Below are positions 63,230-64,000 of a stretch of 64,000 nucleotides of DNA, in pieces (within the stretch, counting starts at the first letter, position 1; each line of letters opens with the position of its first letter). Source of the stretch: Lama glama. Its lineage: Eukaryota. The notes below the pieces were generated by a model. That model did no database searches. It was not told the DNA's origin and was given only the letters and a program-made list of their open reading frames with translations. The translations under genes and the position numbers were made by a program. The stretch is taken from NCBI GenBank assembly GCA_028534125.1, contig CM052816.1, forward strand, positions 50,966,001 through 51,030,000, read 5' to 3'.

Positions 63230-64000
63230 TTTTTACTGCTTTAAAGATCTCCTGTTGCCCCCATGTTTTGTACCCTCTGATCCTACTCTGTCTTTTGGAA
63301 CTATACAGAAGGCTAAATCTTGTTCCACTTGACATGGCTTTAAATATTTGAAACCTAGCATCAGGTCACCAGCTCCACCTCCCAGCCTTCTTCTCTCCAA
63401 CCTAACCAGCCTCAAGTCCTCCAACTCTTTCTTGTATAAGTAGTTTTTCAGGTTTTTCACTATTCGAGTTCACTCCAGCTTGTTATCACCTCTCCCCACA
63501 AAATAAAAATATAATGTCTAGCGCTGAAGAACACTCTAATTGGTGTCTGACTACAGCAGAGCATAGTGGGACTATTAATTCTTTGCTATCAAACCCATAT
63601 TTCTAATTAAAAGGCAGCTGAAAATGACCTTGATTCTCACAGCAGCTAAATCCATTAATATTCAGACAGAGCTCACAGTCAGCAAGAATCCTCAGCCTTT
63701 CTCATTCAGAAAGTGAGATCTCTGCCAGCCCACAAGTGCACACTACACGTTAATCCAAAATGAAGAATTTATTTATTTCAAACTTCATATTCTTTTTTAT
63801 TCTCATGGTCTTCATGTTTCCTCTCTATTGAGATCATCCAAATCTCAGGTCAAGATGTTCAAAAGGTGGGGTCCACAAATAGAGCCCTGCAGCCTCCCTC
63901 CAAATGCCCTTTGCATATCACCATCAACTGGCCATGAAGCTTCCTAGTTTAACTATCCCCCTCGCTCATATATCTTCATCTTTCCCACAAGGACATCACA
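63230..64000 (-). mobile_element. L3/CR1 LINE remnant (reverse transcriptase C-terminal region)
   Basis: ORF 63233-63460 'YKKELEDLRLVRLERRRLG...DLMLGFKYLKPCQVEQDLAFCIVPKDR' parallels the CR1 RT tail motif [29 protein letters not shown]. Probably continues to the window edge. Confidence 0.8.

Noticed and set aside
1..64000. Strand bias of strong splice donors as evidence for a gene
   Set aside because: GTRAG-type donors occur on both strands at similar frequency, so they do not establish a transcription unit.

Overview
This window is AT-rich, CpG-poor placental-mammal genomic DNA, intronic or intergenic. I found no recognisable protein-coding exon, RNA gene, CpG island or prokaryotic-type system. 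Most listed ORFs are chance frames, microsatellite translations or decayed retroelement frames (L1 ORF2 tail at 26.3-26.6 kb; CR1/L3 RT tail at 63.2-63.5 kb). A large share of the window is ancient interspersed repeat: MIR, L2, L3, L1M/HAL1, MaLR/ERVL/ERV1 LTRs and MER DNA transposons. There are also two younger cetartiodactyl-type L1 3' ends. These, and the apparent absence of Alu, B1/B2, SINEC, ERE, Bov-A/tA, PRE-1 and CHR SINEs, point to a camelid (inference). The most unusual structures seen directly are: (1) an MLT1A-type provirus whose far LTR is replaced by an inverted ~65-bp U5 end, with near-matching 5-bp flanks; (2) an L1>MLT2>MER21 nest with a second, inverted MLT2 end; (3) two perfect tandem duplications (periods 79 and 69 bp); (4) repeat-free islands with HOX/PBX/MEIS-type motif clusters; and (5) weak minus-strand micro-exon candidates. 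Repeat family names come from my recollection of consensus sequences, not from a database search. Boundaries of old repeats are approximate. I cannot support a claim of a new biological system here.
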